Shown: positions 39,212 through 49,500 of the stretch, in pieces
Position numbering within the stretch: position 1 is the first letter of the stretch
How the letters are laid out: each line of letters starts with the position of its first letter
Assembly: GCA_045654505.1 (NCBI GenBank)
Contig: JAZONM010000017.1
Location: 1,556 to 65,555, forward strand
Direction of reading: 5' to 3'
Length of the DNA: 64,000 bases
From: Clostridia bacterium
Lineage (GTDB): Bacteria; Bacillota; Clostridia; Christensenellales; UBA1242
Program-made: the position numbers and the translations under genes
The notes under the pieces: generated by a model
Databases searched by the model: none
Told to the model about the DNA's origin: nothing
The model's input: the letters and a program-made list of their open reading frames with translations, nothing else

Positions 39212-40063
39212 CTATTTATCTTCTTTTGTAGTTTTTGTAGTCTTTTTAGCAGGAGCTTTTCTAACAGGTTTTGCAGGAGCTTCTTTTACTTCCTTTTTTA
39301 CTTCTGTTTTTGGCTCAACTACTTCAGGTTTTGCCTCAGCAACAACATTTACTTTCTTTCTTGATTGTTTTGTTTTTTCTTCATAGTACAAAACTTCTTG
39401 GAAGAAAGTCTCATTTGCAGCGTGATAGTAAGCATTTAGGATTGAATATAGTACTATTAGTACCAAAACACCAACTACTCCTACCAAGATTGCAAGTACA
39501 AGATTAGTCTCAGCTAGAGCCAAAACTCCCAAATAACCTAGCAATACGCCAGCAATCAAAATTATATAGAAAACCCAGAAGAATAATTTGTAAGAGAACA
39601 TAGAAACAATATTTTTGTTCATCTTATCCTTAGTGGATTTTAGAGCAACGCTCAAAGAAGCGCATCTCTCTTTTTCAGCAACAAATAGTGACATTCCGAA
39701 GAAGCCATAAAGAACTACTCCCGGAACAATGAAAAGTACACCGCCTAGTAAGAACATAATAATCATAACGGTGCCAAGGAAAGTCTCAAGCCAACCAGTC
39801 TTGATTTCTGAATAAATAACTTTAAGGCTTGGATTTTCACCATTCATAAGTGCACGCATAAAACGGATATAACCTGTTTGCATAACACCAAACAATAGAA
39901 CTGCAAGTGCAAAACCAATATAGTAAGGTACTGCAATAGCCAAAATTAGAAGTGGCGCGAAAGCAACAAGTGTACCTACAAATGCTTTACCAAACTTACC
40001 TTTCAATTTACCAGCAGAGATTTTGATCAAATCCATACCGTTTTTACTAACAACATTTGTCAT
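39212..40063 (-). CDS. DUF975-like polytopic membrane protein with K/E/P/T-rich tail
   Basis: 283 aa. The N-terminal ISAGKLKGKFGKAFVGTLVAF pattern and TM layout resemble DUF975. The tail is KKVNVVAEAKPEVVEPKTEVKKEVKEAPAKPVRKAPAKKTTKTTKEDK. Confidence 0.55.
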   Translation of the reverse strand: MTNVVSKNGMDLIKISAGKLKGKFGKAFVGTLVAFAPLLILAIAVPYYIGFALAVLLFGVMQTGYIRFMRALMNGENPSLKVIYSEIKTGWLETFLGTVMIIMFLLGGVLFIVPGVVLYGFFGMSLFVAEKERCASLSVALKSTKDKMNKNIVSMFSYKLFFWVFYIILIAGVLLGYLGVLALAETNLVLAILVGVVGVLVLIVLYSILNAYYHAANETFFQEVLYYEEKTKQSRKKVNVVAEAKPEVVEPKTEVKKEVKEAPAKPVRKAPAKKTTKTTKEDK

Positions 40064-40162
40064 ATAATACGACCTCCATATTTACGTTAATTATAACAAC
40101 ATTTTTTCTTTTTACCAAATATATTTATCAAATTTTTGTTATTTTACGAAAAACTTAATAAT

Positions 40163-43129
40163 TTACGACTCTCCACCACCATCTGGTATAGGCTCTTGCC
40201 CACCATCTGGGTCAGGTGATTCGCCACCACTGCCCGGCTCCTCTTCCGCAGCTTTCTCTATGCGAATAGAAGTAATAGCTGGATTTTGAAGATTGTAGTA
40301 TGGGATAGTAGTGTAAATACTCGAATATATTTGTGGAGTAAGATACACAATGAAATCTAATTGAATAGGATTTGTACTTGTAGCAAGCACAATATCATCT
40401 TCAGTATTGCTTTCTGTACCATTGTTGTATACAGGATTTTCATCCATAGCATTGATATTGATACCTATCAAAATATATTGTGGCTCCATTTGCATATCAT
40501 ACACAATATCTTTTTTGTTTAATTGTACAAATGAGGATGCTTGTTTTCCATCACTTGGCTTGTAAGTACCTTGTGTGTAATCTAAGGTGTATGATAATGT
40601 GCCATTATAAAGCGTGAAATAATTGTTTAGCGCTGATATATTTAACATAGCATTGCACACGCCATCTACATCAATTCCACTTTCAGCATCTATTTCATCT
40701 ATTACCTTTTTTTCCTTATCAAGAGGGAAAGCTGAAAGATATATTTGTGCAGTAGCGCCTGTTTTTACAAACAACTTACTTCCAGATGCAGAAGAAACAA
40801 ATTCTTCAGCACCATCCTCACCCTCTCCCATATAATAAGAGTAAAGATTTTGTGCAAAATATGACACTGTATATTCTTTCGCAGATGTATACGCAACAAC
40901 TTTTCTATAAGTATCTTTTTCTGGAGTTGTGTAAGTCACAAATTCGCCATTAGCATCTGTTTGGAGAATACATGCAAATATTTTTACACTGCTTGCAAAT
41001 TCTTCACTATTTAGTAATGTTACGTTTTTTGCTGTAAGGGTCGGATTTGAACCTAAATCATAGAAGGTGTCCCTATCACTTATTTTTAGAATACTATTAT
41101 CAGACATATTTACAAGTTTTACTGTGTCTGCCAATCCGTCTTCATCTTTATCGTCAAAACTGCTTGTGTCAAATATTTCGTATTTTATTCCTTCATATTC
41201 ATACACATTGGATTCAGCAAGCATATAAAAACGTACATTTTTATACTCCAATTCATTTAGAGCATTTTCACTTATTACTAATGATTTATTTAGAGTGAAT
41301 GCATTAATCGTGTAAGCGTTTGCTTGCATAATCTTATCTTTACCAATATTGTTGTTATTGTGCAGCAATATCTTATTGTCATTAAAATTGTTCCAATTAA
41401 AACTTGTAGGAGTCGAATAATCAATTTTTAATTTGCTTTTTGCATATTTGTAAGTCGCATTGCCGTCGCTACTTATTGATTCAATTGAATAGATAATATG
41501 TAAAGAATTTACATTTGCTTCATTTGTAGGTTGAAGAGTGCGAATTGACCAAGTAGTACCTCCATTTTCTAGAGGTTGTTTTTTAATAGTAACATAATCT
41601 TCATTATATTTATACCATACTGGTTGGGTTTCTTCATCTACCACTTCATCAAATTTAATATACTCAAGGTATTGATTTCCATCAAGTCCAGTCACTTTTG
41701 GACCACTCTCAATAATCGGTTCACCCTCTAGTATTTCACCACCATTATCTATAACCTCATATTGCCATTGCGAATGCTCGCCTGGCACCTTAGCACCATC
41801 ACTAACAATATATTTAGTGTATGGCGCAACTGTAAGGTTTCCGATACTATCTTTCAAAAGTTTGTTGTCTGCGTCTGTTTGGGTAGATGAGTTTAGCACA
41901 ACACCAAGATAATTTAGATTGGTGTCACTATCACCTATTGTCTCCTCTGTATAACCCTTCTCATCAAATACTTTAAATGTAATTAGATCCTTACATGAAA
42001 TATTTGCAATCTCAACATCTGAAATTATTATACCTTGCTCACATGTCGCGAAAATAGCATCCATAACTCTAATAAGGCGCGCATGCATATCTCCAGTGTC
42101 AAGAAGTACTCGGACCCCTGTACTTTCGTCCACGACAGTATTTGTGTCCATAAATTCTTTATGACTGCCATATGCAATATATGGGTAGTACTTATTTATA
42201 AATGCATTAAGTTCTGTAATAGGATAATTGGTTAGATTGTTGTTGAGTGCATCATAAAGCCAACTCTCAACAAATTCTTTTTGCATAGCAAAAGTTTTGT
42301 GGATATAGGTCTTCATTCCTACATTTTGTGTAGCACCAAGAGCACGGAATGAGTATTTGAAATCAATAGTACCATTTAATTTTGAAATAGTCTCCACATT
42401 GCTATTTGTAGCCGAATCAATTTCTTTCACAAATTTCTTTGTGTCTCCTGACACTACATACAACATTTTTTTGTTTTTGTATTCTAAAATCTCGCTATTG
42501 GTAAACACTACCGCACCCTTTTTAGGAGCAATCGCATTTGAATTTAGAGTATTTAGAGTGATAGTTTTTACAGCATTTGGATTGCTAGGCGTAACAATCT
42601 TGCCTATATTGCTTCCTGATGTAACATCAACAAAATCCGAAGTTGAAAAACGAATATCGCTGGAAAGCAAAGGACGGTCTACCAATACCTTAATCGTATA
42701 GTCTACAAGTCGTGTACTATTTACAAATTTTATCTCAACCTCACCACCTACAGGTAGTCCGCTTGCATCTTTCTTAAATTTAAGAGTGAATGGTTTTCCC
42801 GAAATGATTGTCTCAGGAGTCTCAGCCAAAATGTCTTTACCATGAATATATTTTATAGACAGCACTTTCTCAGTAGCCTCAGCAGGCTCGTGAGAAACAG
42901 TAGCAGTAATATCAGTATCTCCGACCACAACCACTTCCATAGATTTATCCGACAGCGAAAGAACAGGTGCATTGTCACAAACAACTGTATCTTGCGAAAT
43001 ATTTAAATTGGTTATGTAGACGGCTTTTTGACTAAATGCCCCCGTGATCCACGCAATTCCGAGTGCCAAAACCACGACACCCAAAAGACCGAGCATACAA
43101 AAGCCAGAAATCTTTAAAAATTTTTTCAT
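40163..43129 (-). CDS. Large membrane-anchored extracellular protein (988 aa), unknown function
   Basis: N-terminal signal anchor FLKISGFCMLGLLGVVVLALGIAWITGAF. The body is long and beta-rich. The acidic G/P/E/S tail is EEPGSGGESPDPDGGQEPIPDGGGES. Confidence 0.7.
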   Translation of the reverse strand: MKKFLKISGFCMLGLLGVVVLALGIAWITGAFSQKAVYITNLNISQDTVVCDNAPVLSLSDKSMEVVVVGDTDITATVSHEPAEATEKVLSIKYIHGKDILAETPETIISGKPFTLKFKKDASGLPVGGEVEIKFVNSTRLVDYTIKVLVDRPLLSSDIRFSTSDFVDVTSGSNIGKIVTPSNPNAVKTITLNTLNSNAIAPKKGAVVFTNSEILEYKNKKMLYVVSGDTKKFVKEIDSATNSNVETISKLNGTIDFKYSFRALGATQNVGMKTYIHKTFAMQKEFVESWLYDALNNNLTNYPITELNAFINKYYPYIAYGSHKEFMDTNTVVDESTGVRVLLDTGDMHARLIRVMDAIFATCEQGIIISDVEIANISCKDLITFKVFDEKGYTEETIGDSDTNLNYLGVVLNSSTQTDADNKLLKDSIGNLTVAPYTKYIVSDGAKVPGEHSQWQYEVIDNGGEILEGEPIIESGPKVTGLDGNQYLEYIKFDEVVDEETQPVWYKYNEDYVTIKKQPLENGGTTWSIRTLQPTNEANVNSLHIIYSIESISSDGNATYKYAKSKLKIDYSTPTSFNWNNFNDNKILLHNNNNIGKDKIMQANAYTINAFTLNKSLVISENALNELEYKNVRFYMLAESNVYEYEGIKYEIFDTSSFDDKDEDGLADTVKLVNMSDNSILKISDRDTFYDLGSNPTLTAKNVTLLNSEEFASSVKIFACILQTDANGEFVTYTTPEKDTYRKVVAYTSAKEYTVSYFAQNLYSYYMGEGEDGAEEFVSSASGSKLFVKTGATAQIYLSAFPLDKEKKVIDEIDAESGIDVDGVCNAMLNISALNNYFTLYNGTLSYTLDYTQGTYKPSDGKQASSFVQLNKKDIVYDMQMEPQYILIGININAMDENPVYNNGTESNTEDDIVLATSTNPIQLDFIVYLTPQIYSSIYTTIPYYNLQNPAITSIRIEKAAEEEPGSGGESPDPDGGQEPIPDGGGES

Positions 43130-43257
43130 AGTTCTCCCATTTTTCTCTAGTATACCATCTAAAATTAGTATGAGTATATTTTTACAAAATAATTATATAT
43201 TTAATTACGTATTAAAGTCAAACGTTTGGGTAATATCATATGCGCAATTATACATAT

Positions 43258-44478
43258 TTACGGCAAAACAACCGTTTTGGTCAATATAGCATCAATACAC
43301 TCAAGAGTATCTGAGTATGTTTGCTTGTAATACCCCACTTGAAAATTGATATCCATTTCTCTGTCAACAGTAAATGTATACACTACTTTACCGTCTATAA
43401 GATTGGCCTCAGATAAAGTAATATAGTCAAGAGTAGTAGAGTCGGCTGAATTGACAAGTATACTCGTAAATTTACCTAATTCGCAAGTTGCAGATACTAC
43501 AAGTTTGTATTCTTTTCCTACTTCCAAATGTCCGTCTACGCTCACACCATTGTCCAAAACTTCCAAATTTAGCGATGTCGGCTCGTCATAGATTCGCACT
43601 TTATATTCTTTTGTGTACCAGTCTCCAACACCTCTCTCGTATGTCAAGGTAAGAGAGCACTCACCGGCACTTACCGCAGTATATCTTGTACCATCAAGCA
43701 CAAGTATGTCGCCTGCAACATTAAGTGTAGGCGCATTTACAGTATATTTTTGTGGAGATATATCCAATACAAAATCTCCGATTTCACCCACTTTCAAGTT
43801 TATGCCACCCGCAGAGCCTTTAAGTGTAACCTCAGTGATGTATCTATTGACAATTACATCAAATGTATATGTATCGTAATGAATGGTTTTATTTTCATCT
43901 CGAGACGCTGGCACTTTTAGTGTGACCTTGCATTCCCCTACCGCCAAAACATCAATTTTACCTGTTTTGTAGTCATAATTTACATTATCGCTCGAATACT
44001 CGACCAATACAGGATATGTAGTCTCTCCTTCGTAATGCGCAATGTTTGTAATATTGTCACGATTTCGATAATCCACCAAAACAACACTCTTTTGCAATGA
44101 GAATGTTTCAAAGTAAGTCGGTCTATTTTCTACAATTACTTTCTCGCGTGCATATACATATTTTCCTTCACTTAGTTTTCCACGCACATAAATATTTGTT
44201 GTTCCGGCCTTTTCACACGAAAAAGTTGTGCCGTCAAAACTTATTATGTTTTTGTCGTCACTTCCAAATTGTATTTCGGGATTTATCATGTTTGTGGAAA
44301 TTTCCGCATAATCAAAAAGTCTAAAACTATCCCCTACATATAAATTTTCGTCAATTTCAAACCGAATATTGAGAAAGTCTACCGATTTTATGTCTTTTTC
44401 GGTTTTCTCAGCTCCACAACCCGTCAAAACCCCGCAAAATATTAAAATAAGAAAACAAATTATATTTCTTACTTTCAT
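43258..44478 (-). CDS. Lipoprotein with Ig-like (Big_2-type) repeats
   Basis: Lipobox in MKVRNIICFLILIFCGVLTGCGAEK. Repeated motifs CEKAGTTNIYVRG, AVGECKVTLKV and AVSAGECSLTLTY are typical of bacterial Ig-like domains. Confidence 0.75.
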   Translation of the reverse strand: MKVRNIICFLILIFCGVLTGCGAEKTEKDIKSVDFLNIRFEIDENLYVGDSFRLFDYAEISTNMINPEIQFGSDDKNIISFDGTTFSCEKAGTTNIYVRGKLSEGKYVYAREKVIVENRPTYFETFSLQKSVVLVDYRNRDNITNIAHYEGETTYPVLVEYSSDNVNYDYKTGKIDVLAVGECKVTLKVPASRDENKTIHYDTYTFDVIVNRYITEVTLKGSAGGINLKVGEIGDFVLDISPQKYTVNAPTLNVAGDILVLDGTRYTAVSAGECSLTLTYERGVGDWYTKEYKVRIYDEPTSLNLEVLDNGVSVDGHLEVGKEYKLVVSATCELGKFTSILVNSADSTTLDYITLSEANLIDGKVVYTFTVDREMDINFQVGYYKQTYSDTLECIDAILTKTVVLP

Positions 44479-44479
44479 T

Positions 44480-44737
44480 TTATTTCTTTGTTTTACAACC
44501 TTTTGTATTCTTAGAAATTTTGATTTTTTCAGGCATTTTAGCCTCTGTCAATTCATTAAGTTTTCCTAGTACAAGGTCAAGTTCTAGCCCGTGTACCATG
44601 CACGCTTGTTCGATTGTCTCCATTTGGCTAAAAGGACAAGAAAAACAATGCATTCCAAAACCCATAAGTACTTTATCCGTATTCTTGTGATTTTTAAGGG
44701 CTTCACCCAAAGTCATGTCTTTATTAAATTTTTTCAT
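44480..44737 (-). CDS. DUF1858 / hybrid-cluster-protein-associated redox disulfide domain protein
   Basis: MKKFNKDMTLGEALKNHKNTDKVLMGFGMHCFSCPFSQMETIEQACMVHGLELDLVLGKLN has the CxxC motif of the DUF1858 family. The start at 44737 is preferred over the track start at 44794. Its stop abuts the lipoprotein start. Confidence 0.7.
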   Translation of the reverse strand: MKKFNKDMTLGEALKNHKNTDKVLMGFGMHCFSCPFSQMETIEQACMVHGLELDLVLGKLNELTEAKMPEKIKISKNTKGCKTKK

Positions 44738-44822
44738 AATACTCTCGCTTATTATATTTTTTGATATTATATATATTTTTAAAAATCTTCGCAATAAAAA
44801 AAGACCTTTGTGCCTTTTTTAT

Positions 44823-44851
44823 TTGTCAAAAACATATAAAATATATAAAAT
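44823..44851 (+). promoter_or_regulatory. Sigma-A type promoter of fba
   Basis: TTGTCA (44823-44828), a 17-nt spacer, then TAAAAT (44846-44851). Confidence 0.5.
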
Positions 44852-44876
44852 GTCTATAAAGAATTTTGGGGGAAAT

Positions 44877-45794
44877 ATGAAACTAATCAATACAAAAAAA
44901 CTATTTCAAGATGCCATAAAACGCAATTATGCAATAGGCGCATTTAATTTTGTAAATATGGAGACACTTCACTCTATTATCGACGCACAAAAAGAAGAAA
45001 AAAGTCCTGTGATAGTACAATGTAGTACTGGCGCAGTAAAATATGCTGGTGCAAAAACTCTTTTCAACCTTGTTTCTGCGCTTGATACGCCCTACCCTGT
45101 GGTACTATCTCTTGACCACGGCAAAACCTTTGAAGACTGCAAAAGTGCAATCGACAATGGGTTTACCAATGTAATGATTGACGCATCGTCACTTCCATAT
45201 GAAGACAATGTCGCACTTACAAAACAAGTAGTCGAATATGCTCACAGCCATAATGTTACTGTCGAGGCCGAATTGGGAGTGCTTGCGGGAGTCGAAGACG
45301 AAGTGAGCGCAAGTGCCAATATATATACAGACCCAAAACAAGCGTATGATTTTGTTTCGCGCACAGGAGTAGATTCTCTTGCGATAGCAATCGGAACAAG
45401 CCACGGGACACATAAATTTAAAGGTGAAGCAAAACTTCGCTTTGATATACTAGAAGAAATACAAAAATTATTGCCTGACTTCCCTCTTGTATTGCACGGA
45501 GCAAGTTGTATCCCTCAAGACATGGTATCGCTTGCCTGCAAATATGGAGCAAAATTGGATAAAGCTAATGGTGTACCTGAGACACTACTAAAAAAAGCAT
45601 GCCACGATTACAATGTATGTAAGGTCAATGTAGATAGCGATTTGCGTATAAGTTATACTGCAGGCATTCGCGAGTATTTGGCAGAAAACCCTACTGATGT
45701 TGACATAAGAAAGTACAATATTAATGGCAAGAAGTATATCACAAAAACAGTGGCTTATAAAATGCAAAACATCCTTAATAGTAGCAATAAATAA
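44877..45794 (+). CDS. fba: Class II fructose-1,6-bisphosphate aldolase
   Basis: MKLINTKKLFQDAIKRNYAIGAFNFVNMETLHSIIDA...LSLDHGK...IAIGTSHG...LVLHGAS. A GGGGGA RBS precedes the ATG at 44877; the track start at 44715 is upstream read-through. Confidence 0.93.
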   Translation: MKLINTKKLFQDAIKRNYAIGAFNFVNMETLHSIIDAQKEEKSPVIVQCSTGAVKYAGAKTLFNLVSALDTPYPVVLSLDHGKTFEDCKSAIDNGFTNVMIDASSLPYEDNVALTKQVVEYAHSHNVTVEAELGVLAGVEDEVSASANIYTDPKQAYDFVSRTGVDSLAIAIGTSHGTHKFKGEAKLRFDILEEIQKLLPDFPLVLHGASCIPQDMVSLACKYGAKLDKANGVPETLLKKACHDYNVCKVNVDSDLRISYTAGIREYLAENPTDVDIRKYNINGKKYITKTVAYKMQNILNSSNK

Positions 45795-45833
45795 AAATTT
45801 TCTATACTTTATTTGATTATCAGAAAATAAAAA

Positions 45834-45890
45834 ATATAATCATTAAGCGATTCCGCAGGCATTAGCCGAGGACCAGCGAAATGATTATAT
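45834..45890. repeat. Hairpin unit A1 (11-bp AT stem enclosing GC-rich core)
   Basis: atataatcatt (45834-45844) pairs with aatgattatat (45880-45890). A T6 run follows. Confidence 0.85.
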
Positions 45891-46030
45891 TTTTTTAATA
45901 AAACAAACTTATAAAGTTTTGTATGCAGTAGATTTTGATTGATATATATAGAGAGAGTATCTTGAATAAAACGACCTTATAAAGTTTCATATTCAGTAGA
46001 TTTTGATTGATTATTAGAAACAAAAAAACA

Positions 46031-46082
46031 ATATCACCGAGCGATTCCGCAGGCATCTGCCGAGGACCAGCGAGGGATATAT
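46031..46082. repeat. Hairpin unit A2 (same core, different outer stem)
   Basis: The outer stem is atatc(a)cc (46031-46038) paired with gggatat (46074-46080), replacing the A1/A3 stem. The loop is ATCT instead of ATTA. Confidence 0.8.
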
Positions 46083-46159
46083 TTATAGTGTATCTTGAAT
46101 AAAACGACCTTGTAAAGTTTCGTGTGCAGTAGATTTTGATTGATTATTAGAAAAGAAAA

Positions 46160-46216
46160 ATATAATCATTAAACGATTCCGCAGGCATTAGCCGAGGACC
46201 AGTGAAATGATTATAT
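46160..46216. repeat. Hairpin unit A3
   Basis: atataatcatt (46160-46170) pairs with aatgattatat (46206-46216). Inner-helix positions change G>A and C>T together relative to A1. Confidence 0.85.
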
Positions 46217-46248
46217 TTTTCTTTTCGTCTATCAATTAAAACTACAAA

Positions 46249-46491
46249 TTAGTTTTGTTCGTCAATAATCTTCTTGATTTCTTGAAGATTGGCAAGAGTA
46301 AGCTCGTCTCTAATTTCCTTATATGCATTTTTGAAAGCATCTTTGATATCTTGCGAATATTCGTCATTATCAAGAGCAATATCACGCATTTTTTTAGCAA
46401 GCTCTACTACCTCTTCTTTTGTAGTGAAAGGACGCGCACAAATAACACGTTCGATTATTTCAAATTTGTAGATATTGGTATTTCTATTCAT
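46249..46491 (-). CDS. Small acidic helical protein (80 aa), last gene of the T4SS-like block
   Basis: ORF with no TM segment and an acidic helical composition. It lies 64 nt downstream of the giant gene. No family was recognised. Confidence 0.5.
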   Translation of the reverse strand: MNRNTNIYKFEIIERVICARPFTTKEEVVELAKKMRDIALDNDEYSQDIKDAFKNAYKEIRDELTLANLQEIKKIIDEQN

Positions 46492-46555
46492 AACTCTATC
46501 TCCTTTATACTTTCATAGTATAACTCAAACTTTTCCACTTTTCAAGAGGTAATTT

Positions 46556-49500
46556 TTATTTGCCCATTCCGTCGTCACTTTTACCCGAATCTGAAGGTGC
46601 AACTGGAGAACCACCACCTTTTGCTGCAATTTTATCATTTTCTACCATTTGATCAAAAGTAATAAATTCTTTACTGCCCAATTCCTCTTCTGCTATTTCA
46701 TCTATTTGTTCTTTATTCAAAATTTTTCCATTAACTCTTAGATTATAGTTATTACGTTGTTGCAAATTTTCCATAATTAAAGCAGATTCCTCATCTACTG
46801 GCTTGCCATTTTCATCGACCAATCCTAATTGCTCAGCATGTTCTAAATAATACTGAGCACCATTTTTATTATATGTCACAATGAAATTTCTGATTTCTGG
46901 ATCTTTCAACATCTCTTCTATATTCTCCGGAACCTCCATTCCAGGATTTGAATACCTATAATCTATAAATGCCATTAGTTCGGATATACTATATTGATTA
47001 AATTCTTCATGAACTGGAATATCAGGTTTTTCATAGTTGCCATTTATTAGGCTATGCTCCACTCTGCTTTTTATTAAATACTCTTCAAAAGTTATTGGTT
47101 GATTTGGATCCAAACCATATTCCTCCAATACTTTCTTTTGCTCTTGTGTGATTTCATCATCAGTTTTAGTTTTATCTTCCTTTTTCTCGAGCTTTTGTTG
47201 AAGTCTTTCATAGCCAGGGAGAGCACGATTTATGTCAGGATGTTTATCTTTCAATTCCTCATTTTTAAGAAATAATGCTTTATAAAGCAAAGTACCATGT
47301 CTACTCGCAGAAATAACGATATTCATATTATCTCTATCCATAAAATAATTTTGATCGTACTTATGTGATAATATATTCAACATATCTTTGCCAGTTTCTT
47401 CTCGTTTGAGACCATCATAACCGGTAATATTGCCAACAGATGCTACTTCGATAATATGTGCATATTCAGTCATTTTTTCATCGGATACATCATTGAATAG
47501 ATCTCCTACACGATTTTTATTTATTGCAAATGTGCTATTTTTTATTTTGTTTAAATTTTCCTCCCTAGTACTTTCACTACCTGGGCTTACTGGTTTTGGG
47601 TCTGCAGAAGAACTTTTTTCTCTTTCACGTTCTACTATATCATCAAATGAAGACACATCTTCTCCATATACTTCCTTATATTTAGCCTTACGCTCTTCTT
47701 CTATTTCATCCTCAGTTTTTGGAGTTCCATCTTCATTTTCAGGATTAATATCTCCTAATTTCCCTGAAATAGTAGTCATTGGCTCAATTGCATTTACTAC
47801 AGCCTTATCTGTAATATTGTCAAATATTGGAGATGCACCATAGATCAATACACCTTCTTTAGTATTTTCTACAATTATACTCATAAGTTTTGTATTATTG
47901 TACAATGCTTTTTGTTGGTCAGTCATTCCCGACTCTCTAATCTCTGATCCATCAGAAGAAAGAATAGTATAACACATATCAATTTCGTCTTCTGATAATG
48001 TATTAAGTTTTTCTTCCAATACAGCTCTATTTGCAGGAATTGCCTGTCCAAGTATATATGCCTTCTTTTCTTCAATGGTACGAGGTTTTTCTTCTTCGGC
48101 AGGACCGGCAAGTTTTGCCTCCTCAATTGCTACCATTTCTTCATATGACAACATCTTATCACTACCATAAACCTCCATATACACTGCTTTACGATCAGCC
48201 TCCAAGTCGCCTAGACTTCTTGGAGTACCATCAGGGTTTGTAGTAGGTATTGCTGCCAATTTGGAATTTAACTCTTTTTTAGTCTCAAGGGCTTTTTTCT
48301 CCGCATCTGTAAGACTAATGATACCCTTTTCTTCAAGTTTTTCATAAAACTCAGGGCCATTTTTATGATATTTAATAATGAAGTTGCGCACTTCAGGATC
48401 TTTAAATTCTTTTATGTTTTCAGGGTCACTTATTATTGCAGTAAGTATTTTTTCATTATTCAAATCTTCACCTAGTAAAACAAATATATCAGAATACTTA
48501 TCTAGTGTAGCTCTGTCCATTATTCTATCATTTGTTTCCATAAAGATAGGTCTATCATATGCAGGATAAGTATTGTTTTTTATATTCTCACGCATTTTCA
48601 AGACTTCTTTTTTCGCCAATTTATCAAAGTATTCTGATTGCCTTTTAGCCAATCCTAAATACCATTCATATGCCTTATCTATGGCTTTTCTACGGCTGTC
48701 TTTAGTAGCATAACTACCCGCAACAGCTACTGGAGTGTATTTCCAAGCAGTAGTAGGATTTTTATCCTCACCACCAGTAGTGCTTAGTAACACAGGATCA
48801 ACTCTAGGTGAATTCATCTCAACAATCTTTTCTCTGCATTTTTGATTTCTGTGTCTCTCAATCTCAGATTTTCCTACTGCACTCAAAATTCTTAAAGTAA
48901 ACTCATCAGTTTTTCCTTTTTCTTCAAGTTTTGCAGCAAGAACTTCACTATTTATTGTAGTAACACTAGCACCCGTCTCATCTAATGAAGTAACTACTAT
49001 TGTACTATATACATCTTCTCCAAGAACTTCCTTTGCAATCGCAAGTACATTTTTACGACGATTGTTTATCACTCTATTACGTATACCTTCTTCAGACTCA
49101 TCTTCAGGCAAGACTGGTTGGCTTGCTATAAAGTCAAACCCTACCATTGCAGACTTCTGTAAATCTGCTTTTACTTCGTCAGATGACTCATTGTATGCTT
49201 TTTCCAAAGCTGCAGAAGTATTTGTTATACTACCGTTGTATTTATTGTTTACTTCTTCTTTATGAGATTCATAAGTAGTGTATGCCTCATCTTCACCCTT
49301 TTCTGCAAGGTCAACATAGTATTGTGCATCATAAGTAGCTATAGTATCTAAGTCAGCATTGATACTTGCGACCATTTCAGGAGGCAAAACAAGACAGTAT
49401 CTATGTTCTGGATCAGGACCACCAATAAGATTGATTACCCCTAGTTCGCCTTTTTCCGCTTCTTCTCGGGTCAAAACCTTAATTTCACCTTTCGAAGCGT

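Larger units (their letters stand above)
45800..46225. repeat. Composite tandem repeat array (A hairpin units x3 interleaved with B units x3) in a convergent intergenic region
   Basis: The A core GATTCCGCAGGCAT(TA/CT)GCCGAGGACCAG occurs at 45850, 46043 and 46175. B units AATAAAAC(A/G)A(A/C)CTT(A/G)TAAAGTTT..CAGTAGATTTTGATTGAT occur at about 45897, 45964 and 46096. Confidence 0.9.

Noticed and set aside
45800-46225. Possible CRISPR array, because a GC-rich about 28-nt sequence recurs three times
   Set aside because: Spacing is irregular (194 and 131 bp). The intervening sequences are themselves repeated rather than unique spacers. Each core sits inside a longer conserved inverted repeat. No cas genes are nearby.
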